Shown here piece after piece: positions 37,787 through 51,004 of a stretch of DNA of 64,000 bases. Location: positions 11,904,001 through 11,968,000 of the forward strand of contig CM059448.1 in assembly GCA_030390025.1 (NCBI GenBank). The letters are read 5' to 3'. Every line of letters begins with the position of its first letter. Positions within the stretch are counted from its first letter, which is position 1. The stretch comes from Squalus acanthias. Lineage: Eukaryota. Under the pieces are notes generated by a model that made no database searches, was not told the DNA's origin, and saw only the letters and a program-made list of their open reading frames with translations. A program made the position numbers and the translations under genes.

Positions 37787-39190
37787 TTTAAGAAGGGGGA
37801 TAGAACATGTCCAGGGAATTATAGACCAGTCAGCTTAACATCGGTGGTAGGAAAAATAATGGAATCCCTACTAAAGGAGAAAATAGAAGAACATCTAGAA
37901 ACCAAAAACATAGTAATGAATAGTTAGCATGGATTTCAAAAGGGAAAGTCTTGCTTGACCAACCTCATTGAATTTTTTGAAGGGGTAACAGAGAGAGTAG
38001 ACAATGGTAATGCAGTAGATGTAATTTATCTAGATTTTCAAAAGGCCTTTGATAAAGTACCCCATAATAGACTGATGAACAAGGTCAGAGAATGCGAAGT
38101 CATGGGGCAAGTAGCAGAATGGATAGCTAGCTGGCTTCAGGACAGAAAGCAGAGAGTAGGGGTAAAAGGTAGCTTATTCACAGTGGCAGAAGGAGGGTAG
38201 TGGTGTTCCACAAGGATCAGTGCTGGGACCACTGTTGTTCACAATTTATATTAACGATTTAGATTTTGGAATCAAAAACACAATTTCTAAATTTGCGGAT
38301 GACACCAAATTAGGGGGGATAGTCAATACTGAGGAGGACTGCAACAAATTACTGGAGGACATTAATAAACTTGCAGAATAGGCATGTAATTGGCAAATGA
38401 AGTTCAACACAGATATTACATTTTGGTAGGAAGAATTATTACTTGGAGGGTGCGAGTCTAGGTGGGGTAGACGAACAAAGGGATCTCTGAGTACAAATAC
38501 ACAAATCACTAAAAGTTGTGACACAGGTTAGCAAGGCCATAAAAAAAAGCAAACCAAGCACTAGGGTTTATTTCTAGAGGTATAGAATTAAAAAGTAGGG
38601 AAGTTATGCTAAACCTGTATCGAACCTTGGTTAGATCACACTTTGAGTACTGTGAACAGTTCTGGTCGCCATATTAAAAAAAGGATATAGAGGCACTGGA
38701 GAGTGTGCAGAGAAGATTTACAAGGATAATACCAGAAATGCGAGGGTATACATATCGGGAAAGGATGAACAGGCTGGGTCTCTTTACTGTTGGAAAAAAG
38801 AAGGCTGAGGGGTGTCCTAATAGAGGTCTTTAAAATTATGATAGGTTTTGATAGAGTGGATACAGAGAGAATGTTTCCACTTGTGGGGAAGAGCATGACT
38901 AGAGGCCATCAATATAAGATAATCACCAAGAAATCCAATAGGGAATTCAGAAGAAACTTCTTTACCCAGAGAGTGGTGAGAATGTGGAACTCGCTACCAC
39001 AGGGAGTGGTTGAAGTGAATAGTATAGATGCATTTAAGGGGAGGCTAGACAAGCATATGAGAGAGAACGGAATAGAAGGTTATGCTGATAGATTTAGATG
39101 AGGAAAGACGGGAGGAGGCTCGAGTGGGATAAATGCCGGACTGGTTGGGCCGAATGGCCTGTTTCTGTGCCGTATATCCTATGTAACTCA
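37787..39190 (+). mobile_element. 5'-truncated CR1 LINE (RT pseudogene)
   Basis: [41 protein letters not shown] and RRNFFTQRVVRMWNSLP; many frameshifts. Confidence 0.93.
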
Positions 39191-39967
39191 AGACTTGCAA
39201 ACCAGGCCTTTTTAGCACTTCTCCAATTCACAGGGTTTGCACTATGCTATTTCAGTTATTACTGGAACCTTTCTTACCCCTATGTAATAAAACATATTCA
39301 AAATCTATTTTAGTCAGCATAAGCCCAGCAAATGAAAGCTGATGTGGTTTTAAAACAGTATGACATGTCAATAGATTAAACCTTAAAGGATTATGATCAA
39401 TCAGCAATTCTATTAATCCCTGAAAGAATTTTATTTTAAAAAGTATACAATTGAAATTTTGGAAATTAAATAGATCTACAGGATTACGGTTTCCACCGCT
39501 GCGTGTTTTATTATTCTCTCCTTCAGCACCAAGTTTTGAATTTTCTTGTTGAGCTCAACTGTTGGTGTAGCTTGGGTTTCTGTCTCTGGAAGTGTTACTT
39601 GTACAGTATTGCATTTTTCACTAAATGTCTGTCTGCCTCGGCAATGTTTATGCTGGTCTTCATGCTTTAATTTTACTAACCTTTCTAATGGTTTCACATG
39701 GTTTATCAATTTTCCTACATACAGAGCCAGATAAAATGAGGATTTATTTCTGGGAGTTGGAGAAGGAGAGTTACTTATGTAAATTTTTAATTTTTATTTT
39801 AAAAAAGCTTTCATAGTTTGTGTTTGTTTTTAGAAGTAGACAAATTGTTTTTTTGTTTAGCGAAACTTTTTATTAATTTTCATTTGCCTACATGTACCTG
39901 TATTTTTTAATTCTTTTAGTTTGTTTGATTTCTGTGTTGCCTTATTTTGATTTATCCATTTTTACAG

Positions 39968-40240
39968 ATGCTCCCCAGTCATCCCCATCAACTGCCCCTC
40001 CTCCCCCTTTCCCTGCCTTTCCTGATGATGAAGAATTCAGTGACTTTATTCAAGGGCCTGAAACCGCCGCACCTGCGGCTCCCACCAGTTTCCAGCCTTT
40101 CCAACCCTTCCACCCCACGTTGGAGTCGGGGCTGCAGTCTGAGCTGGCTGCAGCTCCGGCCCGGCCTGTTGCTTCAGCCCATCCCTCAGCTGCATCTTCA
40201 TTGTATGCTACAGCAGGGCATTCAGCAAAAAACAGCCCAG
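39968..40240 (+). CDS. SYNRG: Synergin gamma exon 7 (273 nt, symmetric, probable cassette exon)
   Basis: tacag|AT GCT CCC...CCA G|gtaac gives DAPQSSPSTAPPPPFPAFPDDEEFSDFIQGP...KNSP; phase 1 to 1. Confidence 0.85.
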
Positions 40241-40623
40241 GTAACAAGTACAGAACTTATTTTAAATTGTTCGAAACTTTGTGTTTTTAAAACACTCAAA
40301 TTGAAAAATCTGAAAAAGTGTTTTATGTAAAGGAAATAACATTTAAAATTGTTCGAATGTAAGGCATTTTTAATTTTTCAAACTAGTTTATTAATTTTTT
40401 TAACTGATAAAACATCATATTCACTGAACTATTTTAGATTTTTGGTTCTTTGTACAAAAGGAAAGCATTTGATTTTTACAAAATATAGATACATATTTAA
40501 TTGATACCACATCTTTCGGAATTAAGGTGCGTAATCTTGGAGTCTGAAACTTCAATGAAACATAGTTATGTGTTGTTCATGAACTAAGCTAGGAAACACT
40601 TGTTCCACCTCCTGTTTGTTTAG

Positions 40624-40863
40624 GCCCTTCATTGGAGGAGAAAATGTTTGCTTCCTGTGATCTCAGCATGCCTAAGCAGGCACACATTAAATTTAACCAG
40701 TCTCAGCCCTTGGCTCGCATTGGGTCTAAAGCCTCAGTCTCGACTCAGTTTCAGCCCAGTGCCAAGGCCTGTAACTGGGCCATCCAAACTGAAAACCTCG
40801 GTGGTGTCTTCACAGCAGACATGCCAAAGGATCCAGAGCCAGAGTCACCTGCCAAAGACAGTG
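40624..40863 (+). CDS. SYNRG: Synergin gamma exon 8
   Basis: GPSLEEKMFASCDLS...PAKDS (human GPSLEEKFLVSCDIS); phase 1 to 1. Confidence 0.92.
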
Positions 40864-42873
40864 GTGAGCAAACTTGTTTTTTATAATCCTTAATAACCAG
40901 GATTCTGCAAAATCAGGAAAAATATAACTTTTCTTTTAATTCTCTAATTTTGTTACCCCTTTATCATTCCCTCTCATCAACGTTTCCTATCACTTACTGT
41001 CTTTGTGATCTCTTATAATTCACTTGTGTCGAATGACAGGCTTTTGCATCTCAAAGCTATTCCAACTTTTACTGAACTTTATTCAAGGAGTGCTGCTGTA
41101 CTGATTTTTGTGAACACAGGTAACATTATTGATCAACATAAAAATAAGAATTATGTGTAGATTACGCATTGCACTTCAAGTTTAACCTTTGCATGTACTC
41201 CAGCCAGTCAGAGAGAGGAAAATAAATATCTCGCAGTAAATGTCTTTCAAGTCACCAATATGATCATAAAGATAATAACATCAGTTAAGTCTCTACATTG
41301 AGCTTCCATGTGAGGTGTTTCTGACTGGGTTTGTTGAGCATTAGTGTATTAATATTTATATGCTGGACCCTAGGGAAGAAGGCCAGTAGCATTTCTTTAT
41401 AGTTAAAAATCGTGAGATTGATATTTGTGATTTATTCAAAGATTTTTAATTAAATTATTTTCTATAGTTCTTTATATTTCTGTTCTTTGACTCCAAAGTA
41501 TTTTGATTGTAATTCTTGGCATTTAATGGAATCATTTTGCGGATGTTTTAAGATGGGAAGATGTTTGCCTTCTGAAAGCTGTAGATGCCAAAGGGTTCAG
41601 GAGAAATGTCTGTGTGATTTGTGTTTGATTGTAGCTGTATCTCTTGGTCCATCCCCTCTCAAAAAAATCCCACTTGTTCACTTTTTCACAAGTGATTAAA
41701 AGGGATAGTTAAATTATATAGATAAATTAAAGATAATTTTCACCATTATATCTCATTTTTGTCATTTCATACAATTTAATACACCCCACCAAGATTATTC
41801 TGTCTAGTATAATATTCAAGTTTAAAGTAATTGAGATGATCAAATTGGTGCTCATCTTATGTGTATTAAACCCTACATTCACATACTTTCACATCACCAT
41901 AAGTTAGGTATTACTTAGTGGCAACTTTGCTAATTTCCAATTAATTACTGAAGCATTATCACATTTTATTGATTTGCAATTTCTAAAGCTTTGTGAGGGA
42001 TCCCAGATCATGAACTAAAAACCGTGCTGGTAGGTGTCACCAATAAAGGATCTGATCGGAGAACATGTATTCGTGCACATTGTAATCTAGCAACACAACT
42101 AAACTATAGACCTGCATATTATGTGTACAAGTATAAGTAACTTCCTTTGAGCAGGCAATGTAATGACTTCAAGTAGTTTGCAGTCTGTTGGCGCCTCTTT
42201 GCCACAGTGGGTTGCAGCGCCACAGTGTGAAGGGGCATGGGTTTGTGTCCATGATTTGTTTGCTCCTGATCAGCAGTGCTGTGGAGAAGTACTGAGCAGA
42301 GGTCAGGTGTTTCCCAGAAGAAAACGTAATTGTGCTGCCTCTTGTGCCTCCTGGTGGCCGGTTCAGAGTGAAATTGGAAGAGGTTTCGGAACAGATTCCG
42401 GTTTGTGCGTGGCCCGTGGAGATTGGGGAAATCACATGAAAAGTGTGGGGCGAGGGAATAAGGGATTGGTACCTTCAGAAAAACACACTAGGGCCCATTG
42501 CAAAAACTGACTGACTGACTGAATTTCCTTGGAAAGTGTTGACTCCTCTGGAATTATTTCCTCCACATTTAAGCCCTGACACTTTCAATTTATCAGCCAA
42601 TGGGGAAAGAAACTGAGAAATGGAAAATCCTGCACTCTACCTAAGATTTAACAAGAATAAAGAACTCGGATAAATATCTACTTTTCTCCTTCACTATCAT
42701 TTAACTAATCACTTTGGACATTTTTCAGAAATTCTGAACAGGAATTCAGCAAGTTGAGAGGACATGTCACATTGCAGCTTTCATTCTAAAAGTATTTTCT
42801 GAGATAAGACTTGTAGACAATGCTGTGTCATTTTATTTTCCAATGTAATTGTTCATTTACTTTATTTCCTTAG

Positions 42874-42951
42874 GTGTAGGAGTGTACCCTACACAGGACA
42901 CCCTTCAGCCCATGCTGCCACCCTGGCTCTTCAATGACAGTCTTGTCCCAG
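42874..42951 (+). CDS. SYNRG: Synergin gamma exon 9
   Basis: GVGVYPTQDTLQPMLPPWLFNDSLVP; phase 1 to 1. Confidence 0.95.
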
Positions 42952-43389
42952 GTATAATGTGCTTTGTGCTTCTTTAAACCTCTAGCTGAAAGTGATGGTT
43001 AAAGGAGTCATTTTTGAAGGAGTTTACTTTTCACGGTTTTGTAGCCCTGGAAATCGTGTGATCTAACCGTACAGTTTCCATTCATGACCGTTATATATTG
43101 AAACAATTCAGTTGGCTACGGTGTACGCGGGGAAATTTTACCCTTCATACATTTTTAAACTTTACTGATTTTTCCTTTTTTTTAAAAAAAAAATTCCTCC
43201 TATTCCCCACAATTCCTTCATTGTAGGATGGTAACAGTGATATAACTGAGCTCTTGGTTGTTGGGGGTTGGGAGGGGGATGGATTTCCTGATCTCACAAC
43301 ATAGCGCACAACGGCAGGTCATGAGAAATGAGTGTTCATTAAGCTTAATGCATTCTTGACTTGCAAATTTACCAAAAATGTTCCAACAG

Positions 43390-43586
43390 AACTCTACAAG
43401 AAAGTTCTCGAAGCCACTCTTACCCCAGCGGGCATTGATACAGCAAAACTCTACCCAATTCTTCTCTCGTCGGGTTTACCGAGAGAGATGCTGGGTCAGA
43501 TATGGGCTTTTGCCAATCGAGCGACACCAGGCAAACTTACAAAAGAGGAACTCTACACAGTATTGGCTATGATAGCTATGTCGCAG
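43390..43586 (+). CDS. SYNRG: Synergin gamma exon 10 (EH domain core)
   Basis: ELYKKVLEATLTPAGIDTAKLYPILLSSGLPREMLGQIWAFANRATPGKLTKEELYTVLAMIAMSQ carries the EH-domain signature; phase 1 to 0. Confidence 0.97.
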
Positions 43587-43990
43587 GTATTGTAACATTA
43601 TTTTTCAGTTTTTAAAATCAATTAATTTACCTGCAATTATTTGGATTATTTTTTGAAATAAGTTTTTAATTCCGTTTATGTTGCAGAATATGTAAGGATG
43701 ATTGCTGAATGCATTTCCATTTTCAAATTTAGTATAGAGAATATTAGATACTTGGGAGTGACTGAGCTAGTAATGTGATCCTTACCACCTTGGAGCAGAA
43801 TATTAGATTGAAATTGTTCAAAGACAATTTATATTTTTGAATATATGTGTTATGAAATTCATTGATATGGTTTTATCCTCCCCCAACCTTTATGGATCAC
43901 AACTTTCGATGGTGTTTAAACTTTATCAATAACATTTTAAAATCTGAGATCCACTGGTCTTCCTTTGAAAATGAAGCACTGCAGTACTAT

Positions 43991-44395
43991 CGGGTACGGT
44001 AGTATAGCGGTTATGCTAATAGACTAGTAATCCAGAGGTCTGGACTAATGACCAGAGACATGAGTTTAAATCCCACCACGGCAGGTGAATTTAAATTCAG
44101 TTAATTAAATAAATCTGGAATTAAAAAATTAGTATCATTAATGATGACCATGAAACTACCGGATTATCATAAAAACACATCCTTCGGGAAGGAAATCTCC
44201 TGGCCTATATGTGACTCCAGACCCACTGCATTGTGATTAACTTTGAAATGGCCTAGCAAGCCACTCAGTTGTACCAATGAAGTATGGGAATACCTTCACC
44301 TCATTGACTGCAGCGGGTTCAAGAAGGTGGCAATTAGGGATGGGCAATAAATGCTGCCCTTGCCAGCGACACCCACATCTAATGAATTTAAAAAA
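43991..44395 (+). mobile_element. tRNA-derived SINE sharing its 3' tail with the 10.6-kb LINE
   Basis: Head ggtagtatagcggtta...gagtttaaatccc; tail gactgcagcgggttcaagaagg...agggatgggcaataaatgctg. Confidence 0.8.
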
Positions 44396-44693
44396 TCAAT
44401 CAATAGCCTTGCAGTACTTGTTCATGACAGTGAATAATTAACAAAGGAATTACTGACATAGGATTGTCATCATGATTGACAATGCTGTTGTAAATAAAGG
44501 GCATAGTGCCCCTTGGATATATAAAATATTGTGTTTGGTAAGCAACCGAATGTAATTGGAAACTTCAGAGTCTGAGTTGATTATGGGGTAGCACAACTTT
44601 AAACTGGAATAATGTGGAAAAAAATCTGTATAATCTGTCCATTGTGATTTTAGTTCTACATTGTACTAGACAGTGCTCTTTTTTTCCCCCCAG

Positions 44694-44948
44694 AGAGGCA
44701 TTCCTGCACTAAATCTTGAAAATCTCAACCAGTTTCCATCTGCTCCTATTCCTACGTTAAGTGGGACCCCGATGACTTTGCCTACTTCAGTTCCACAGCA
44801 GTCTATGATATCGGTGCCAACTGGTCCGACTGTATCTATGTCTGTTCACACAGGCCAGTCTGTGGTAGGAATGAACCTTCCTGTACCAGTGGGTGGCAGC
44901 ACAACCCAAGTTTCCAGTGGTTTTGTGGCATCTTTCCCCGTCAGTCAG
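44694..44948 (+). CDS. SYNRG: Synergin gamma exon 11
   Basis: RGIPALNLENLNQFPSAPIPTLSG...SSGFVASFPVSQ; phase 0 to 0. Confidence 0.95.
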
Positions 44949-44989
44949 GTAACTACGAGTATTATTCGAATGCAGCCATTTTCAGTTCA

Positions 44990-45107
44990 GGAAGCACAAT
45001 AAATTATTAACCCAAACAAGTAGCAATTCTGAGATTGCGAGCTAGTTACGGAAGTGCAATAAATTATTAACCAAAACATGAAATAGTACTGAGATTGTCA
45101 CCTGTAA
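44990..45107. repeat. 60-bp tandem duplication (2 diverged copies)
   Basis: ggaagcacaataaattattaacccaaacaag..ctgagattg followed by ggaagtgcaataaattattaaccaaaacatg..ctgagattg. Confidence 0.8.
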
Positions 45108-46519
45108 CCTCCTGTTACCATGGTCTTAACTACAAATATACAGCAAGGCATCTTGCCTGCACTGGGCATTCTCAACAGGAGAACAATCACCTCTGCAACC
45201 CAGTGCACCAGAGATAATAAATAGAAATGTGAATAGAATTTTAAAAACTTTGCACAGTACAATCACTCAGCGGACTCAGAAATAAATCCAGAACAGCAAC
45301 CTACAAAAATAGGGGCAGAACGGGGAACTTGCAATCTTTTAATGGAGAACAAGAGAAAGTAGGAATGAGAAACAGCCATTCAGACATTGTCTGAGTGAAT
45401 ACTGAGAAGATTTTTTTCTTCCATGCTTCCTTGGTGCCGATTCCTTATTTACTCCTTAGAATATATTAAATGGACTTGTGTATTATCTTCTGTTGCATGA
45501 TGCTATGCAAGATAGCTCTCTGATTGAGCTCCAAAAGTTTATTGGTTACTTCTGATAAACATTCAGAAATCTACATCCCAGTCAACATTTTTTCATGTCA
45601 ACATGTTGGAAGTGCGTCCTGCCCTGAAGTTGCTGGCCTCCTGTTGGGGTACAGTTCTACAGGCACTGGCAGCCATCTACTACCTTACCCACCTGACCAT
45701 TTTCCTATGTGAGCCCAGACATTGAGCTATTTGCTCCTGAGGTGTGTTTCAGGACTGAGCCCGATCCTGTCCTTGCCCGGTGGCCGCACACGCATGCACT
45801 TTCCATTCGTGGACAGTGATCAGGAGCTGGGGACCCTGGTTGATTTCCCCCTCTCCTCTCCCCACCAGTGTACGTTTTGGTTTATAATACATTTTTAATT
45901 TTCCTTGCATTCCCAGCTTTATTTTGGTTTTCTGAGCTACGGTAACTATCCACGGACCCTATTTTGTTTTGGCAGGCAATAATAATCAAGCAGAAGAAAT
46001 AACAATTGTGAGAAATGACCTACTATTTAATAAAAAGTGTTGAGTGTGCATTGTTAGAGAATAAAGAAATCAATAATCTCCAGTATTAACACTTTTGTTT
46101 AAAAGTTAGCTGTATAATGAACACATTTTTCAATGGACGCTGGATATTTATGTTGCTAAGAAGCCCTGTTAAAAGCCAGCTTCTGATGAGAACTAGTGTT
46201 TGTAACTGTTAGTTAATGGGAATTGTCAGGCTTTCCCATAAACAGAGACACGTCAATCAAAAAATACTTACAAGTGAGTGACTCATGCAGTCATTCAGGT
46301 TCTTCTGCCGGCTCGTTCGATGTATTAGTGTCTTTCATTTAAATCAAATATCTAACTTGCAAAGTAAAGATAAAAGGGCTGATTCCCTGGCACATTATCC
46401 ATGGAGTGCTGGTTTGGGAAATTGCAGGCCCAAAGGCCCTGGCTTTCTGTCCAATCAGGGAATGAGCCCGAAAAAGAAACAAGCTACAAATGCTGAAAAA
46501 GAAACACACAAATGCTAGG

Positions 46520-46650
46520 AATTAAAACACAAAATGCTGGTTCATCAGTATCTGAAAAGAGAAAAGGCAGAGCAGAGCCAGTGCTAACCTGTCTTTTCTC
46601 TTTGCAGACACTGACAAACCTGTGCATTTCAAACATTTTCTTGTCATTTC
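46520..46650. mobile_element. Degenerate inverted Penelope pLTR remnant
   Basis: aaaacacaaaatgctgg..atctgaaaagagaaaaggcag / ctgtcttttctctttgcaga..cattttct; resembles the outer arms of 29397-29925. Confidence 0.5.
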
Positions 46651-47011
46651 TCAGTAGTTTTACGCCATGCTGAAGATCATCTTCACTGATGTCAGTACTA
46701 CAGCCTCTTTAATCTCTGCAATCTTGACTTTTAGTGAAAACAAGAAACCTTGTGAAGACTAAATGATCTAACACACAATGATGCTGCACACAAACACTTC
46801 ACACGTTGCTCATGATTATTATTTGTTTTGCCTTTTAGCTAAAGCCGATATGTGGGATGATAGTTGCAGTGTGAAAATTTGGGCAGTTGTCTAGTAAATA
46901 TAGTTAATGATATGCATAAAAGATGTGCAATGCAACATAATAGCAGTGACTGTTTGAACAGTAATGCCAAGGATTAACGTATACCAAAACTAAACCCTTC
47001 CCTTTATCCAG

Positions 47012-47151
47012 GCTGCAAAATCTGATGACGACGATTTCCAGGATTTTCAGGAGGCTCCTAAGCCTAACACAGCTGACGATTCTTTCAGGGGGTTCAAGGG
47101 TGAAGCCTCTGGAACCTTATCGAAGGCACCAAGCTCACAGACCACAATCAG
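47012..47151 (+). CDS. SYNRG: Synergin gamma exon 12 (DFQDF gamma-adaptin ear motif)
   Basis: AAKSDDDDFQDFQEAPKPNTADDSFRGFKGE...TTIS; phase 0 to 2. Confidence 0.95.
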
Positions 47152-50100
47152 GTTTGAATTATTGGCATGCAATAGTTATCTGCACAGTTAGATCTCGCCA
47201 ATTGATATTTCAGTTGCCCAGTATAGGATGACTAAGAGCCGGGCAAGCCAGACAGCCTACCCAGTGTAATAAAAGTGAAAGGTGGGTGTAGTAAATGACT
47301 GAGTGTCAGCAGTACACTTAGCAACTGGCATGCCTTATCACTGAGGCTGGCTAAAACAATATGGGGCAGGACATCATTCCTACACTGATTTCTTCTCCAC
47401 TTTGACTCCTTAAAAAATTACACAAAGGGTCTGAATGGAGTCCTAGTTTCAGAATCTTAGATCTAAATATAGTGAAATGTATTGGTAAAATCAGAGCTCT
47501 ACAGACCATTGTTTGCTAATATTAATGCTCGTTCTCAAAACGTATGCCATGGTCTCTTGTATTTGGGCAGGTGATATTTTCACTCTAAATAACTTAAGAC
47601 TGGAATTGAGAATTACATTTTAGCATTGAGCCAACAGATTTCACAGTTGACTGAATGCCCTTTACTTGATGCCCGTTTGATCAAATGGGGTATAAATTTA
47701 GGATTGAATTAGTCATGTGTACTGGTTCAAGTAAAATACAAAATCATTCCTATTGGCTCAAAAAGCAACAAGTGAGATTGGCGAGTGAAATTTTAGCTGT
47801 GCTGGTGTATCTGTGCCGACTGCTGAACAAAAATATCTCAACAAGCGTACAAATCGGGATAGATAGCTGAACATAATGGAACCCTGCCTCACATCCACCC
47901 GTCTGATATTTAATATCTTAGTTATTGCTAGCAATACAGAGCTATTTTAGGACTACATTTTATTGATTTTATTTAAATTTTATTTTTCTCCCGCACAAAG
48001 TTCAATTTGGAGTGAAGAAAGTTGACACGGAGTAGTGGAGCAAAGCCGATTTAGTGGTCACATATGAATGATTTTTGCCGTAAAGCTCAGCCTCACAGAC
48101 ATAAAATCGAAAGTTGTTTCTGCCATTAGCTGGTCACCCAGTTGAACCTGCAGAATGTTTTTCTTGCTAAACTTGTGGAGTATTTCTGATCCCGGTAGCA
48201 AAACATTTTGTCTGCATAGTGTAAGTGATTCATTTGCTGTACCAAGAATGTTGCCCTTTTAATAAGCTATAAAATTTGTTGATGAGGCTTTTTTTTTTGT
48301 CTGCCTGAAATGAGAGGATTCTTTACTTGAAGTAGCTATTGCAACCAAACATTCCAATTGATACTGTATTTTGAAGGCAGCTCAGAACGTAAGCCGGACC
48401 TTTAACAAAGTCATAAGATTTTACTTAGAATTTATAGTTTGCTCTGTAAATGTGGGAAAGAATGCTTGCACAAGGGTTTCTGCTGTATAACCAGAGTCTA
48501 TGTATTCAGAGTTCCTGAAACCTGCTCCTTTTATACGGTTGCTTTCACATACACTACTTTCTTCCCCGCGCTCCTCCCACATCCAGTTTTCTCGCCGCCT
48601 CTCCTAATGGTGGTGATTCATGCTAGGGACGGGATTCCAATTGGAGCCTCTCTCACCCCCATGTCTTTAGTCAGGGAAGGGTGGAAGAGAAACTGAGGGC
48701 AATGGTAGCAGCCCCATTTCCACCTACACGAAAAACTACTGTGCAAAGAAAAGCCTTAGTGAAAATAATCACAGCTCTGGACATGAGTGGTGGCCGATTG
48801 GTGGGTAGCTATGTATTGTGCTACTGTGGATTTCTCTTGTTTTTGAAAAACATTTTATTGAGGTTAAGTACATGACTCACCAATAAAAAAATACATGTCG
48901 AACAAATGTAACGATGCTGCCTAAATTTTGGCTTTAATACTGCAGTGTAAAATGAGCTACAGGGGTAATAGTTATCATACTTCATTAAAAAACAAAACTT
49001 ATAAAAGCTGCCTCTGTTGAATCAGAGTGGAGTCATAGATGATCAACCGATATTCTTAGCAATGAGGTGAAGGTTATTACAGCTTTATTAAAATGCAGTG
49101 TAGAAAGGCACACACAGAAAGTAATAAGGAAGGATTTTACGTTATTGCCTTTGTTTCCTTATTATAAAAGATGATCCATTGGAACAGGGTGGTAAAGTAA
49201 AGATTTCTATTCATCGAAGATAATGGTGCCAAATGGAAATTGAAAACCATTTATTCTTGCAGTCTTTGAGTTTTGATTTGATTTACACACATTTTCTGAA
49301 TCCTGACAGGATTGCAGTACTTAGCTGCTTGCTCTTAACTGTTCGGTAATTTATTAAAGGTTTTAACTATGCTGTAAGAAAGTGATTTTTAGGGCAGTAA
49401 TAAATAATTGACAGTTTTTTGCTGCAGGTATATTCATTGAAATCTTACGGCAATTATGTGTTTTTCTTGTAGTAGATGTTTGATTTTGCTTACACTTGTG
49501 TTCTATGATCACTATTGTACGCAAATTTCTCAGTGATTAAAGTTTTGTACATTTAAACCCTTCAAATGAACAAATATTGTAGCTCAGGGAGCTTTGTAGT
49601 GCTGTCCACAACTTAACCTGCAAATATCTATGTGGAAATCTGATTGTATGATTGAAATATGCAATCTAAATTACTGAGTCAAATTCCAAAACAATTGTCA
49701 TTGCAGTTTATAACAATTCAGTCAATTCAGAATGGATGATCTTCCTTTGTTCTTTTTGAGAGGATTTTTTTTTTTCATCATGTTTAACGCAGTTGTAGGA
49801 TCTGTGCTACTCTTGTACTGAAACAGCGATCATAGATGACTAAAAAGCCGTTACGTGTGGAGAAAATAGTTTTCATAGTTTGCCATAATGGGTAATTGTG
49901 GTCAATAGAACACACCACTGCACACTGATGTTACTGACATGTCACGGACTACGCCCTGGCTGTGGAAAAACTACTGGATTGGCATTTGAGATTTTTAGGG
50001 TGGTACTCCTCGCATTCTGACATGAGCACTTTCTGTCATTGATTTTTTTCTTTTTGGTGAGGAGTCATTATGTCGAGGCTTGTATTCTCCTTTAGCTCTT

Positions 50101-50405
50101 TGCCCCTTGACAGCCCTTGTCCTTCAAAGGACAATAAAATAAATGTGGTTTTCATAAATGTGGTTTTCTGGGGTGCAAAGTTTGTTTGTAGAAGTGAAAT
50201 CGTGTTATACAGCATTTGAAAAGACACTTGGTCACTTCTGTAAGCGGGATTATTGGCCTTACCTGGAAAGTCTTATTTGCTGCGTTTGAACACTAATGAG
50301 AATTATAACTGCAGGAAAAACTACTTACCTGCAGTTCTTCAGGCATGCATCTATGAATAGTGATGTTTGAGATCATTTTGAGTAATTGAATCCTCTCTCT
50401 TTCAG

Positions 50406-50521
50406 TGCACATACATTACTGACTCCAATTTCAGGAACCTCTGCATCCTCTTCAGTGGACAAATACGCAGTCTTTAAAGACTTGACAGAAGACAAGCCTA
50501 CAGAAAGTTCATCATTTGCAG
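50406..50521 (+). CDS. SYNRG: Synergin gamma exon 13
   Basis: AHTLLTPISGTSASSSVDKYAVFKDLTEDKPTESSSFA; phase 2 to 1. Confidence 0.93.
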
Positions 50522-51004
50522 GTACAGTGGACTGTCTTCTGGCAACGTCTACATTATTATTCTAAAGTTTGGCATTTTAGAAATATAATGAATGGAATTT
50601 TTCTCTCCAAATTACTGTGAATGTAGATATGTGCAAGTCAGCATGCACCTGTCCAATTGTGAGCATTTTAAAATTCCTGGATGTATGAATTAGATTATGA
50701 TGTGCATCAAATTTCTTCAAATTAAAAAAAATATATTTGCTAAGTATTTCAGTCTCAAATTTCATGCTAATAAAATTGGCTTGTATACATAGTGTATGTT
50801 ACTAAACATGTTATATTACTAGATTTCATATCTTCATGTTTTTTGAGAGAATGTTGCCCTGTTTTCTCCCTTTGCTCATCTTGCGTACACCTCATACATT
50901 GTCCAGTGCTCCAGGTCACTGCTGCTCCCAAACCACTACTAGTTACCAGAAGGCACATGAGAGCTGCTTGGTGAAGATACATTTCCAATAAGAAAGAAAA
51001 TAAG

